This document shows positions 39,497-48,104 of a stretch of DNA of 64,000 nucleotides, piece by piece. A program made the translations under genes and the position numbers. How positions within the stretch are numbered: position 1 is the stretch's first letter; each line of letters opens with the position of its first letter. This DNA is from an uncultured Actinomycetes bacterium (GTDB taxonomy: Bacteria; Actinomycetota; Actinomycetes; Mycobacteriales; Mycobacteriaceae), in NCBI GenBank assembly GCA_903877095.1, contig CAIRCP010000080.1, positions 4,259 through 68,258 on the forward strand, read 5' to 3'. Below the pieces are notes generated by a model, which was not told the origin of the DNA, made no database searches, and worked only from the letters and a program-made list of their open reading frames with translations.

Positions 39497-40881
39497 GACA
39501 CCGGCGGCCGATGACCGGCCCACGGCCGGGCCGCCTCGATCTGCGCGCTCAACGCCAGCAGCGTGGCCTCGTCGGAGGGCCGGCCCACGAGTTGCACTGA
39601 GAGCGGCAGGGTTTCGCCGTCGAGGAACCACGGCACCGACGCCGCAGGCTGACCGGTGGCGTTGAACACCGCGAAGTACGGCACCCGGGACGACACCAGG
39701 GCCAACGTGCTCACGCCGCCGCGGTGCTGGTACTGCCCGATCCGCGACGGACCGGTCGCCGCACCGGGGGTGATCAGGACGTCGAAGTCGTCGAAAATCG
39801 ACTGAACCCGGGATACCAGGGTGGGCTCGGCCGCCCGCACCTTGTCCATCTGCCGGTCGGAGATCATCGATCCGATCCGGGCGATGTGCCGGGTCCGCGG
39901 TTCCAGCCGCTCCGGGTAGGGCAGTTTGCGGACTTCCTCGTACACCCCGCGCCACATCCGGGGCAGCACATGGCCGTACATCGCCCACGCCGGATAGTCG
40001 GGGTCATGCCAGAGCACCTCGTGGCCGAGGTTGCGCAGCACCGTCTCCACCCCGTCCAGGGCGCGCTGCTGGGCGCGGCCGACCCGGGCCACCATCGTCG
40101 GAGGGAGCTTGGTGCTCAGGGCGATTCGCAACCGTCCGGTCGGGCGGGCGGTTGCGGCGACGAAACCGTCCTCGGGGACGTTGTCGGCAGTCGCGTCGAG
40201 AAACAGTGCGGCGTCCTCGACGGTGCGGCTCAGCGGGCCGTTGGCGCTCAACCCGTTCCAGGGGTCCTCCCCGGCGCCGATCGGGATTCGGCCACGCTGC
40301 GGTTTGAGCCCGTAGAGCCCGCACCAACTGGCCGGGATCCGGATCGACCCGGCGCCGTCGGAACCGAGAGCCAGCGGAGCCAGGCCGGCGGCCACCGCGG
40401 CGGCGCTGCCGCCGCTGCTGCCGCCCGGCGTGTAGGAGGTGTCCCACGGGTTGTGCGTGGCGCCGAAGCTGACCGTCTCGGTGAACGGCCACAGCATCAT
40501 CTCCGGGACGGCGGTCTTGCCGAGGATCACCGCCCCGGCCTCCCGCAGGCGACGCACCACTTCGGCGTCGGTGGTGGCTTCCAGGTCGTAGGCGCTGCTG
40601 CCGTAACAGGTGAACTCACCCGCCACGTCGCTGTCATCCTTGATCGCGACCGGGACGCCGAGCAGTGGGAGCCGTTCGCCGGCGTCGAGCAGATCCTGGG
40701 CCGACGCGGCCTCCTCGCGGGCCTGCTCGGTCATCACGACCCGAAAGCTGCGCAGTTCCCGGTCCACCCTGGCAATGCGGTCGAGGTACAGCTCCAGCAG
40801 CGCGGGCGCCGTGATGGCACCCGCGGCGAGCTTTCGGGCCTGCTCAGCAGCGCCGGCGAAGGCGAGGTCGGTGGCGTCCAC
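39493..40881 (-). CDS. amiB2: amidase (amidase-signature family)
   Basis: GTG 40881 gives 462 aa with the AS signature GGSSGGSAAAVA. Its position beside the HIT gene and the cyclase matches Rv1263. The 583-aa track ORF is an over-extension across the divergent HIT gene. Confidence 0.88.
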   Translation of the reverse strand: MDATDLAFAGAAEQARKLAAGAITAPALLELYLDRIARVDRELRSFRVVMTEQAREEAASAQDLLDAGERLPLLGVPVAIKDDSDVAGEFTCYGSSAYDLEATTDAEVVRRLREAGAVILGKTAVPEMMLWPFTETVSFGATHNPWDTSYTPGGSSGGSAAAVAAGLAPLALGSDGAGSIRIPASWCGLYGLKPQRGRIPIGAGEDPWNGLSANGPLSRTVEDAALFLDATADNVPEDGFVAATARPTGRLRIALSTKLPPTMVARVGRAQQRALDGVETVLRNLGHEVLWHDPDYPAWAMYGHVLPRMWRGVYEEVRKLPYPERLEPRTRHIARIGSMISDRQMDKVRAAEPTLVSRVQSIFDDFDVLITPGAATGPSRIGQYQHRGGVSTLALVSSRVPYFAVFNATGQPAASVPWFLDGETLPLSVQLVGRPSDEATLLALSAQIEAARPWAGHRPPVS

Positions 40882-40941
40882 TGCACGGAGCGTAGCCCCA
40901 ACCGCCCATCTGAAGCCCGCTCCACCCGTTACCGTGGTCCG

Positions 40942-41364
40942 ATGGCATGTGTGTTCTGCGAGATCGTCGCCGGCACAGCGCCGGCCGTCCGGATCTACGA
41001 GGACGACGATTTCCTCGGCATCCTGGACATCCGGCCGTTCACCCGGGGCCACACCCTGGTGATCCCGAAGAAGCACTATGTCGACCTCACCGACACACCA
41101 CCGGAGACACTGGCCGGGATGGCCGTGGTCGCGCAGCGCATCGCCAGGGCGGCGCGCGCCTCCGGGCTCGGCGCCACCGGCACCAACTTTGCGATCAACG
41201 ACGGAAAGTCGGCGTTCCAGTCGGTGTTCCACATCCATCTGCACGTGGTCCCCCGTCGAGACGGCGACAAGGCGGCCTTCGTCAAGGGCATGGTGCTGCG
41301 ACGCGACCCGGACCGCGAGGCCAGCGGCCGGATGCTGCGCGAGGCGCTGGCGGTGCTGTCATGA
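40942..41364 (+). CDS. HIT-family nucleotide hydrolase/transferase
   Basis: MACVFCEIVAG.. and the histidine triad FHIHLHVVPR. 140 aa. Confidence 0.9.
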   Translation: MACVFCEIVAGTAPAVRIYEDDDFLGILDIRPFTRGHTLVIPKKHYVDLTDTPPETLAGMAVVAQRIARAARASGLGATGTNFAINDGKSAFQSVFHIHLHVVPRRDGDKAAFVKGMVLRRDPDREASGRMLREALAVLS

Positions 41365-41804
41365 GCGGGCTGGCCGAGTTGGGGATGGGCCTGTTCATCC
41401 GGGCCCACGATGCGGTCTATCAGCGCAGCGACGGCTGGATCGGTCACCGCCTCCCGTTCGCGCCGCCGATGCTGCTACTGCACAGCATCGGTGCGAAATC
41501 GTCTGCGCCGCGAACACATTCGCTGGCCTACTTCCGCGACGGCAGTGACTACCTGGTCGTCGCCTCCAATGGCGGTGCCCCGCGCAACCCGGCCTGGTTT
41601 CACAATCTGCGCGCACATCCGGACACCGAGATCAATCTGGGGCCCAGACGGATTCGGGTCACCGCACAAGCGGTTCTGCCCGACGACCCCGACTACGCGC
41701 GGCTGTGGAAGCTGTGCGACAGCCGCAACGCCGGCCGCTACAGTGCCTACCAGTCCAGGACGCGACGGGCCATCCCGGTGGTCAGGCTGACGCCAGGTCG
41801 CTGA
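41361..41804 (+). CDS. deazaflavin (F420H2)-dependent nitroreductase-family oxidoreductase (Ddn-like)
   Basis: ATGA overlap with the HIT gene. ..LLLHSIGAKS..VVASNGGAPRNPAWFHNLRAHP.. is the characteristic Ddn/Rv1261c-family core. Confidence 0.85.
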   Translation: MSGLAELGMGLFIRAHDAVYQRSDGWIGHRLPFAPPMLLLHSIGAKSSAPRTHSLAYFRDGSDYLVVASNGGAPRNPAWFHNLRAHPDTEINLGPRRIRVTAQAVLPDDPDYARLWKLCDSRNAGRYSAYQSRTRRAIPVVRLTPGR

Positions 41805-41882
41805 AGCCTGAAGGATGCCGTGGTGTGCGGCCACAAGCAGCGTTAGCATTGCCGGCACCTACTGGCGAACGGACGAAATGCC

Positions 41883-42347
41883 ATGAGCGAACACGAATCC
41901 CCCCTGCGCGCCGTAACGCTGCGGCGCACCGGGCCCGGGGCGTTTGCGATCGTCAATGATCGCGGAGAAGTCATCAACATCGGCGATGGGTCTAACGCCG
42001 ATTTCACTCCCGTCGAGCTGCTGCTGGCGGCCATCGCCGGATGCGCGGCCCTCGACGTCGATTTCCTGATCCGGAAGCGCTCAAGCTTCGAATACTTCGG
42101 GATCGACATACGCGCCAACAAGATCCGGGACGAACACGGCAACCGGTTGGTCGACATCGAGGCCACCTTCGACGCTGAGTTCCCGGACAACGACGGCGGG
42201 GAGCGCGCGCGCAACTATCTAGCGACAGCGCTCCAGCAAAGCCATGACCGGCTGTGCACGGTCACCAGAACGGTGGTGTGCGGCACCCCGGTGACCTTCC
42301 GCACCCCCGATCAGCCGCTGCCGGAGACCGCCGGTCCCAGCTCCTGA
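41883..42347 (+). CDS. OsmC/Ohr-family protein
   Basis: 154 aa. FTPVELLLAAIAGCAALDV and ..HDRLCTVTRTV contain the two Cys-bearing segments typical of OsmC-like proteins. Confidence 0.75.
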   Translation: MSEHESPLRAVTLRRTGPGAFAIVNDRGEVINIGDGSNADFTPVELLLAAIAGCAALDVDFLIRKRSSFEYFGIDIRANKIRDEHGNRLVDIEATFDAEFPDNDGGERARNYLATALQQSHDRLCTVTRTVVCGTPVTFRTPDQPLPETAGPSS

Positions 42348-42364
42348 GAGCTACCATCCGCGCA

Positions 42365-42986
42365 TGGGTTTCGCGACTTCGGACTTCCTGGCACTTGCGG
42401 TGACTTTGTTTGCCTTCGTTGGCATTTCGCTCCTCCAACGCAGGAGACTTAACGGCTCGGCGTCCCCGCGGAGATCGCCGGTTTCACCACGCCACTGGGC
42501 ACCACGATCGGGATGCCCGGGCGCGCCGGAGTCTGGCCGATGATCCTGGCGGTCTACGCCATCAACGGTTACGGCCTGCAGTACACCGCGCTCGGCTACG
42601 TCCGGCTGGCCATCATCGGTGTGCTGGTCTCCGTCGGCACCGCCGGTGTGCCGGGCACCGCCACCATCGTGGCCATCACGGTGCTCACCGCCGCCGGCCT
42701 GCCGCTGGAAGTCGTCATCCGCACGCTGCCGATCAGCGCGGTCGTGGACATGGCGCGAACGCTCAACAACGTGACGGCCGCGGCGACCACCTCGGTCATC
42801 GTCTCGAACAGCGAGAAGGTACTCGATCGCGACGTCTACAACACCTTTGACCCGAGCGGACGAGAACGGTCTGGCAAAGAACTTGTTCGCCGGGATCGGA
42901 CTGCTAACTCCCCTCATCGACTGACGCCAGACGTTGGGCGGTCTGGAGTACCTCGTCGATCATGGCCGGAGTCAGCCGTCCGGTGA
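42365..42986 (+). pseudogene. dicarboxylate/amino acid:cation symporter (DAACS, GltP-like) remnant with large internal deletion
   Basis: ATG 42365 gives only a first TM helix (MGFATSDFLALAVTLFAFVGISLL). After a TAA at 42450-42452, another frame carries the C-terminal third of a DAACS protein: EIAGFTTPLGTTIGM..VSVGTAGVPGTATIVAITVLTAAGLPLE..VVDMARTLNNV... The roughly 250 central residues are absent. Confidence 0.65.
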
Positions 42987-43740
42987 ACATGTTCTGCTGG
43001 CTCGGGTGATAACAGCCCAGCAGAGCGATCCCCGCGACGGAGGCGACGGCGCCGTGCCCGAATTTCGTTACCGCCGAGGGCTTTACGACCAGCAGCCGCA
43101 GCGCCGCCTGCCAGGCGAACCCGCCGAGCGCCACGATCACCCGCACCGACGGAGCGACCAGCCGCCACTCCGCCTCCAGCCACGGCGAGCAGTTCGTCCG
43201 TTCCTCCGGTGTGGGGGCATTGCCCGGCGGGGCGCACCGGACAGCGGCCAGGATGCGAATGTTGTTGGTGGACAACCCGTCCGCCGCATCGACGCTGAGC
43301 GGTGAGTTCACCAGCCCGGCCCGGTGCAGCGCGGCGAACAGCTGATCCCCGGAACGGTCGCCGGTGAACACCCGCCCGGTGCGATTGCCGCCGTGCGCGG
43401 CGGGCGCCAGACCGAGCACCAGGATCCGCGGTGTCGCCGACCCCCAGCCGGTGATGGGCCGGCCCCAGTACGGCTGGTCGGCGAACGCCCGCCGCTTGAC
43501 CCGAGCCGTCTCCTCACGCCAGGCGACCAGTCGGGGACAAGCGCAACACACGCTCACCTCAGCATCGAGAGCGTCCAGATCCGCCGCAGCACCGGCCAAC
43601 CGCGCGACACCGGCGGGGTTGCGGGCCACCGGCGTCACGGCAGTGGCCGGATCACCCGGCCAGCCCGTGCCAGGCGGCACCGGCGAACAGAACTCCACAC
43701 CGGTTCCGGGATGCGGACATCGCTGCGGGTGGGTCGTCAC
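42904..43740 (-). CDS. udgB: uracil-DNA glycosylase, family 5 (UdgB)
   Basis: [50 protein letters not shown] and GCYHPSQQN match my recollection of Rv1259 nearly residue for residue. The start is uncertain (ATG 43740 or the GTG 42 nt downstream). Confidence 0.85.
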   Translation of the reverse strand: MTTHPQRCPHPGTGVEFCSPVPPGTGWPGDPATAVTPVARNPAGVARLAGAAADLDALDAEVSVCCACPRLVAWREETARVKRRAFADQPYWGRPITGWGSATPRILVLGLAPAAHGGNRTGRVFTGDRSGDQLFAALHRAGLVNSPLSVDAADGLSTNNIRILAAVRCAPPGNAPTPEERTNCSPWLEAEWRLVAPSVRVIVALGGFAWQAALRLLVVKPSAVTKFGHGAVASVAGIALLGCYHPSQQNMFTGRLTPAMIDEVLQTAQRLASVDEGS

Positions 43741-43746
43741 GAATCT

Positions 43747-44991
43747 ATGCTGCCTGCGGTGAGCACATCGCGCGGCCCGATACTGCTGATCCTCACATCG
43801 GCATTCCTCGCCGCGGCGGCCAACGGCATCTCGATGGTGGCCTTCCCGTGGCTGGTGCTGCAGCGCACCGGTAGCGCGACCGACGCCTCAGTGGTCGCCG
43901 CGGCCGCGACCCTTCCCCTGCTGGTGGCCACCCTGGTGGCCGGCACCGCGGTGGACTTCCTTGGCCGGCGGCGGGTCTCGATGCTCTCCGACGCGATGTC
44001 GGCGGCGTCGGTGGCGGCCATTCCGGTGATCGTCCACACCAGCGGGCTGAGCGCATTGACGACCGTGGTGCTGGCCGGGCTGGCCGCGGCCGGGTCGTTC
44101 TTCGACCCGGGCGGGATGACCGCCCGCCAGTCCATGCTCCCGGAGGCAGGAAGCCGGGCGAACTGGACGCTCGACCACACCAACAGCATGTACGAGGCGG
44201 TGTTCAACCTCGCCTACATCACCGGCCCGGGTATCGGCGGGCTGCTGATCGCGACCATCGGCGGAGTGAACACCATGTGGGTGACGGCCGTGGCGTTCGG
44301 GCTCTCCATCCTGACGATGGCGGTGCTGCGGCTGCCCGGTGCCGATCGCCCCGACCCCGACGATCAACCGGACGGCGTGATGTCCGGCGTCGTCGAGGGC
44401 CTGAAGTTCGTGTGGCACAACAAGGTTCTGCGCACCCTGGGGCTGATCGATCTGTCGGTGACGGCGCTGTACCTGCCGATGGAAAGCGTGCTGTTTCCCA
44501 AATACTTCACCGATCGCAACGAACCGAAGCATCTGGGCTGGGTGCTGATGGCGCTAGCGATCGGCGGACTGGTCGGCGCGCTGAGCTGGTCGGTGATCTC
44601 CCGGTTCGCCAGCCGCCGAACGACCGTGCTGACGGCGGTGCTGACGTTCGGGACTGTCAGCCTGGTCATTTCGGCGCTGCCGCCGCTGTGGATCATCCTG
44701 GCGCTGTGCGCGGTCGTCGGCCTGGTGTACGGGCCGATCGGACCGATCTACAACTCGGTGATGCAGACCCGAACACCCGAACACATGCGCGGCCGGGTCG
44801 TCGGGGTGATGACCTCGATGACCTATGCCGCCGGACCGGTGGGTTTCATGCTGGCCGGCCCGCTGATCGACGCATTCGGACTGTCGTTCACCTTCCTGGC
44901 CCTGGCGGTGCCCATTGTGCTCATCGGACTGGCCGCACCGTGGATTCCCGCGCTGCGGGAGTTGGACGAGGCCGCGCCCGCCGCCTCCTAG
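43747..44991 (+). CDS. MFS efflux transporter, Tap (Rv1258c)-like
   Basis: 414 aa, about 12 TM helices, divergent from udgB as in M. tuberculosis. The N-terminus [27 protein letters not shown] is typical of the Tap family. Confidence 0.8.
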   Translation: MLPAVSTSRGPILLILTSAFLAAAANGISMVAFPWLVLQRTGSATDASVVAAAATLPLLVATLVAGTAVDFLGRRRVSMLSDAMSAASVAAIPVIVHTSGLSALTTVVLAGLAAAGSFFDPGGMTARQSMLPEAGSRANWTLDHTNSMYEAVFNLAYITGPGIGGLLIATIGGVNTMWVTAVAFGLSILTMAVLRLPGADRPDPDDQPDGVMSGVVEGLKFVWHNKVLRTLGLIDLSVTALYLPMESVLFPKYFTDRNEPKHLGWVLMALAIGGLVGALSWSVISRFASRRTTVLTAVLTFGTVSLVISALPPLWIILALCAVVGLVYGPIGPIYNSVMQTRTPEHMRGRVVGVMTSMTYAAGPVGFMLAGPLIDAFGLSFTFLALAVPIVLIGLAAPWIPALRELDEAAPAAS

Positions 44992-44992
44992 G

Positions 44993-46369
44993 ATGGCTTT
45001 CATGCCCGCGAGCGCGCTTGACGCCCTGATCGCCGAACTGGGCGACGGGGTGGTCGTCACCGACCCCGACATCCTGGGCTCCTACCGCCACGACCGCGCC
45101 CTGGACCCGGCCGCCGGAACCCCGCTGGCGGTGGTGCGGCCGACGAAAACCGAAGAGGTGCAGGCGGTTCTGCGCTGGGCCACCGCGCACCGGGTACCGG
45201 TGGTGCCGCGCGGCGCCGGCAGCGGGCTGTCCGGCGGGGCGACCGCCGTCGACGGCGGCATCGTGCTGTCCACGGAGAAGATGCGTGAGATCACCGTCGA
45301 CCCGGTGACGCGAACCGCCGTCGTACAACCCGGCCTGCTCAACGCCGAAGTCAAGAGCCGAGTCGCCGAGTACGGGCTTTGGTACCCGCCGGATCCGTCG
45401 TCCTACGAGATCTGCAGCATCGGCGGGAACGTCGCCACCAACGCCGGGGGGCTGTGCTGCGTGAAGTACGGGGTGACCACCGACTACGTGCTGGGTCTGC
45501 AGGTGGTGCTGGCCGACGGCACCGCGGTGCGCCTCGGCGGCCCGCGTCTCAAGGACGTCGCCGGGCTGAGTCTGACCAAGCTGTTCGTCGGCAGTGAAGG
45601 CACCCTGGGCGTGGTCACCGAGGCGACCTTGCGCCTGCTGCCGCCGCAGAAGACGTCGGCGACGGTGGTCGCGACGTTCGACTCGGTGGAGGCGGCGGTC
45701 GGTTCGGTGGTCGCGATCACCGGCAAAATCCGGCCGTCGATGCTGGAGTTCATGGATTCGGTGGCCATCAACGCGGTCGAGGACAAGATGCGGATGGGCC
45801 TCGACCGCAATGCCGCGGCCATGATGGTGGCGGCCTCCGACGACCGCGGTGCGGCCGGCGCCGAAGACGCCGAATTCATGGCGGCGGTGTTCACCGAAGC
45901 CGGCGCGACGGAATGTTTCTCGACCGACGATCCGGTGGAGGGTGAGGCGTTCGTCGCGGCCCGGCGGTACGCCATTCCCGCGGTGGAGGCCAAGGGCTCG
46001 TTGCTGCTGGAGGATGTCGGCGTGCCACTGCCGGCGCTGGCCGATCTCGTGAGCGGGGTGGCCAAGATCGCAGCGAACGGCGACCTGACCATTTCGGTGA
46101 TCGCGCACGCCGGGGACGGCAACACCCATCCGCTGATCGTCTACAACCCCTCCGACGCCGCAATGACGGCCCGCGCCGAAAAGGCGTTCGGCGACATCAT
46201 GGATCTGGCGATCAGCCTGGGCGGGACGATCACCGGCGAACACGGGGTGGGCCGGCTCAAGAAGCCCTGGCTGGCAGGACAACTCGGCCCCGAAGCCATG
46301 GAACTCAACCGGCGCATCAAAGCCGCGCTGGATCCCGACGGGATTCTCAACCCTGGCGCGGTCATCTAA
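44993..46369 (+). CDS. FAD-linked oxidase (GlcD / D-lactate dehydrogenase-like)
   Basis: FAD_binding_4 pattern (VVPRGAGSGLSGGA) and a C-terminal GGTITGEHGVGRLK. The start is ATG 44993 or 45002. Rv1257c-like position. Confidence 0.85.
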   Translation: MAFMPASALDALIAELGDGVVVTDPDILGSYRHDRALDPAAGTPLAVVRPTKTEEVQAVLRWATAHRVPVVPRGAGSGLSGGATAVDGGIVLSTEKMREITVDPVTRTAVVQPGLLNAEVKSRVAEYGLWYPPDPSSYEICSIGGNVATNAGGLCCVKYGVTTDYVLGLQVVLADGTAVRLGGPRLKDVAGLSLTKLFVGSEGTLGVVTEATLRLLPPQKTSATVVATFDSVEAAVGSVVAITGKIRPSMLEFMDSVAINAVEDKMRMGLDRNAAAMMVAASDDRGAAGAEDAEFMAAVFTEAGATECFSTDDPVEGEAFVAARRYAIPAVEAKGSLLLEDVGVPLPALADLVSGVAKIAANGDLTISVIAHAGDGNTHPLIVYNPSDAAMTARAEKAFGDIMDLAISLGGTITGEHGVGRLKKPWLAGQLGPEAMELNRRIKAALDPDGILNPGAVI

Positions 46370-46379
46370 GTCAGCGGGA

Positions 46380-46757
46380 TCAGCTGACGATGCTCCCAAG
46401 CCGCAGGGCGATGTCGTGCACGGATTCCAGACGTCTCGTCGCCACGGCGAGAACCAAGTCGAACAGTGTGTCCTCGGCTTCCCCGGGCACGTGGTATCCG
46501 TTGAATTCGTAGAACAACGCGGTGGCGACGAAAGCGGTCCGTTCATTGCCGTCGATCAAGGCATGGTTGGTGGCCAGCGACTGCAGCAGCGCTGCCGCCT
46601 TCTCGTGGACTCCGGGGTAGGCGTCCTCGCCGAAAGCAGTCGCTCGCGGTCGGGAAACCGCGGACTCCAGCAGCCCGTAGTCACCGACCTCCACCGGCCG
46701 ACCGAGGTGAGCGTCGCCCGCGGCGAGCACATCGTCGACCGTGAGGTACTCGGTCAC
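46380..46757 (-). CDS. doc: Doc/Fic-family toxin (death-on-curing type)
   Basis: 125 aa with Doc-like architecture and a Fic-type motif region NHALIDGNERTAF. GTGA overlap with the small upstream ORF. Confidence 0.8.
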   Translation of the reverse strand: MTEYLTVDDVLAAGDAHLGRPVEVGDYGLLESAVSRPRATAFGEDAYPGVHEKAAALLQSLATNHALIDGNERTAFVATALFYEFNGYHVPGEAEDTLFDLVLAVATRRLESVHDIALRLGSIVS

Positions 46758-46888
46758 GCCTCAGCGAGGCGCTTCAGCAGACCCTCGTGCTCCTTGACGA
46801 TACGACCCAGGATTTCATCACGGCGCTCGGTCCGGCGGTCCACGTAGTCATCGACCGCCCTGAGCACAGCAGCGTGCAGTGGTGTCAT
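46754..46888 (-). CDS. putative antitoxin (44 aa), not in the ORF track
   Basis: ATG 46888 gives MTPLHAAVLRAVDDYVDRRTERRDEILGRIVKEHEGLLKRLAEA, with TGA at 46754-46756 overlapping the doc GTG. Its size and position are typical of a Phd-type partner. Confidence 0.6.
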   Translation of the reverse strand: MTPLHAAVLRAVDDYVDRRTERRDEILGRIVKEHEGLLKRLAEA

Positions 46889-46937
46889 TTTCCACCCGGG
46901 CGTTTTCTTGCAGAATCCGGGAACTGTCGTCCTCGGG

Positions 46938-48104
46938 TCAGCTCCGCACCCGGGTGAACCGGTGCAGAACCCACGCCACCGGGATGCTCAACGCCATCGT
47001 CGTCACGAACAGGCCGGGCATCGAGCCGGTGTAGACGTGCCAGTGCAGCACCTCGGTCATGGCGACCTCCATCAGCACGAGGTGGACCAGGAAGATCTCG
47101 TAGGAGATCTCACCGAGCCACACCATCGGCCGGCTGCCCAACACCCTTGAGTACCAACCCGAGTCGCCCAGGGCGAGCGGCGCGATGATCAGCGCCGCGA
47201 TGACGGCGTAGAACACCATCTTGGTCACCGCCTGGGCGAGGCCGGCGGGCGACGTCGTCGGCTCCCCCGCGATGGGCGTCGAGGCGATCAAAAAGCAGAT
47301 CACCGCCAGTGGGATGGCAACGAACCAGTACACCCGAATCCCCATGGCCGCCAACACCGTCAGCGTCATCCCGCCGAGAAACCAGATCAGATAGGCGGGC
47401 AGCCACAGCTTCGCGCCGTCGGGCAGGCCGTGGGTGGTGTGCACCAGCACCAGCCATGCCGGGCTGATCAGAGCCAAGCCGGCCAGACCTGCCAGCAGCA
47501 GCCCGGGCCGCCATCGACGCCGGCACAGCGCCACCAGCAGCAGGTATGCCAGGAACGGCAGAGCCACGTAGAACGCGACTTCGACTGCGAGACTCCACAT
47601 CTGCGTCAGGCCCTGGTGCAGGAGCGCGAAACCGTAGTGGTCGGTGTAGATCTGGGTGAGGGTCAGGTTGCGGAACAGCCCCCACCACGTATGCCCGGGG
47701 TTGGGGCCGCCGTCGCGGAAATGGTAAATCGCGTAGGCCGCCAGGACGGTGACGACGTAGGCGGGCATGATCCGGCGTATCCGGTGGCGGGTGTAGCGCG
47801 CGAGTGACGGCGGCGCCGTTCCCGCCTTGGCGGCCCTGACCCACGGGCCGAACAGCAGATACCCCGACAGGGCGAAGAAGATCGGCACCCCGATCTCCAG
47901 TCGCGAATACACCAGTCCCGCAAAGCCGTGCGTGTACTTGCCGGTGGTGTAGGCGGCGTGGGTGGCGACCACGAGCATGGCGGCCAGCGCGCGGACGCCG
48001 GTGAGCGAGGGCACCCGGTCGACGGTCGGGACCGCCAGTCCGCCGGTCTCTTGGGTCGGCGCTCCCGCGTGGCTTCGTCCCGCCGCCCCTTGGACGGTGC
48101 TCAT
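46938..48104 (-). CDS. acyltransferase family 3 membrane protein
   Basis: 388 aa and polytopic. The N-terminal SLTGVRALAAMLVVATHA is the Acyl_transf_3 hallmark. Rv1254-like position next to deaD. Confidence 0.85.
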   Translation of the reverse strand: MSTVQGAAGRSHAGAPTQETGGLAVPTVDRVPSLTGVRALAAMLVVATHAAYTTGKYTHGFAGLVYSRLEIGVPIFFALSGYLLFGPWVRAAKAGTAPPSLARYTRHRIRRIMPAYVVTVLAAYAIYHFRDGGPNPGHTWWGLFRNLTLTQIYTDHYGFALLHQGLTQMWSLAVEVAFYVALPFLAYLLLVALCRRRWRPGLLLAGLAGLALISPAWLVLVHTTHGLPDGAKLWLPAYLIWFLGGMTLTVLAAMGIRVYWFVAIPLAVICFLIASTPIAGEPTTSPAGLAQAVTKMVFYAVIAALIIAPLALGDSGWYSRVLGSRPMVWLGEISYEIFLVHLVLMEVAMTEVLHWHVYTGSMPGLFVTTMALSIPVAWVLHRFTRVRS

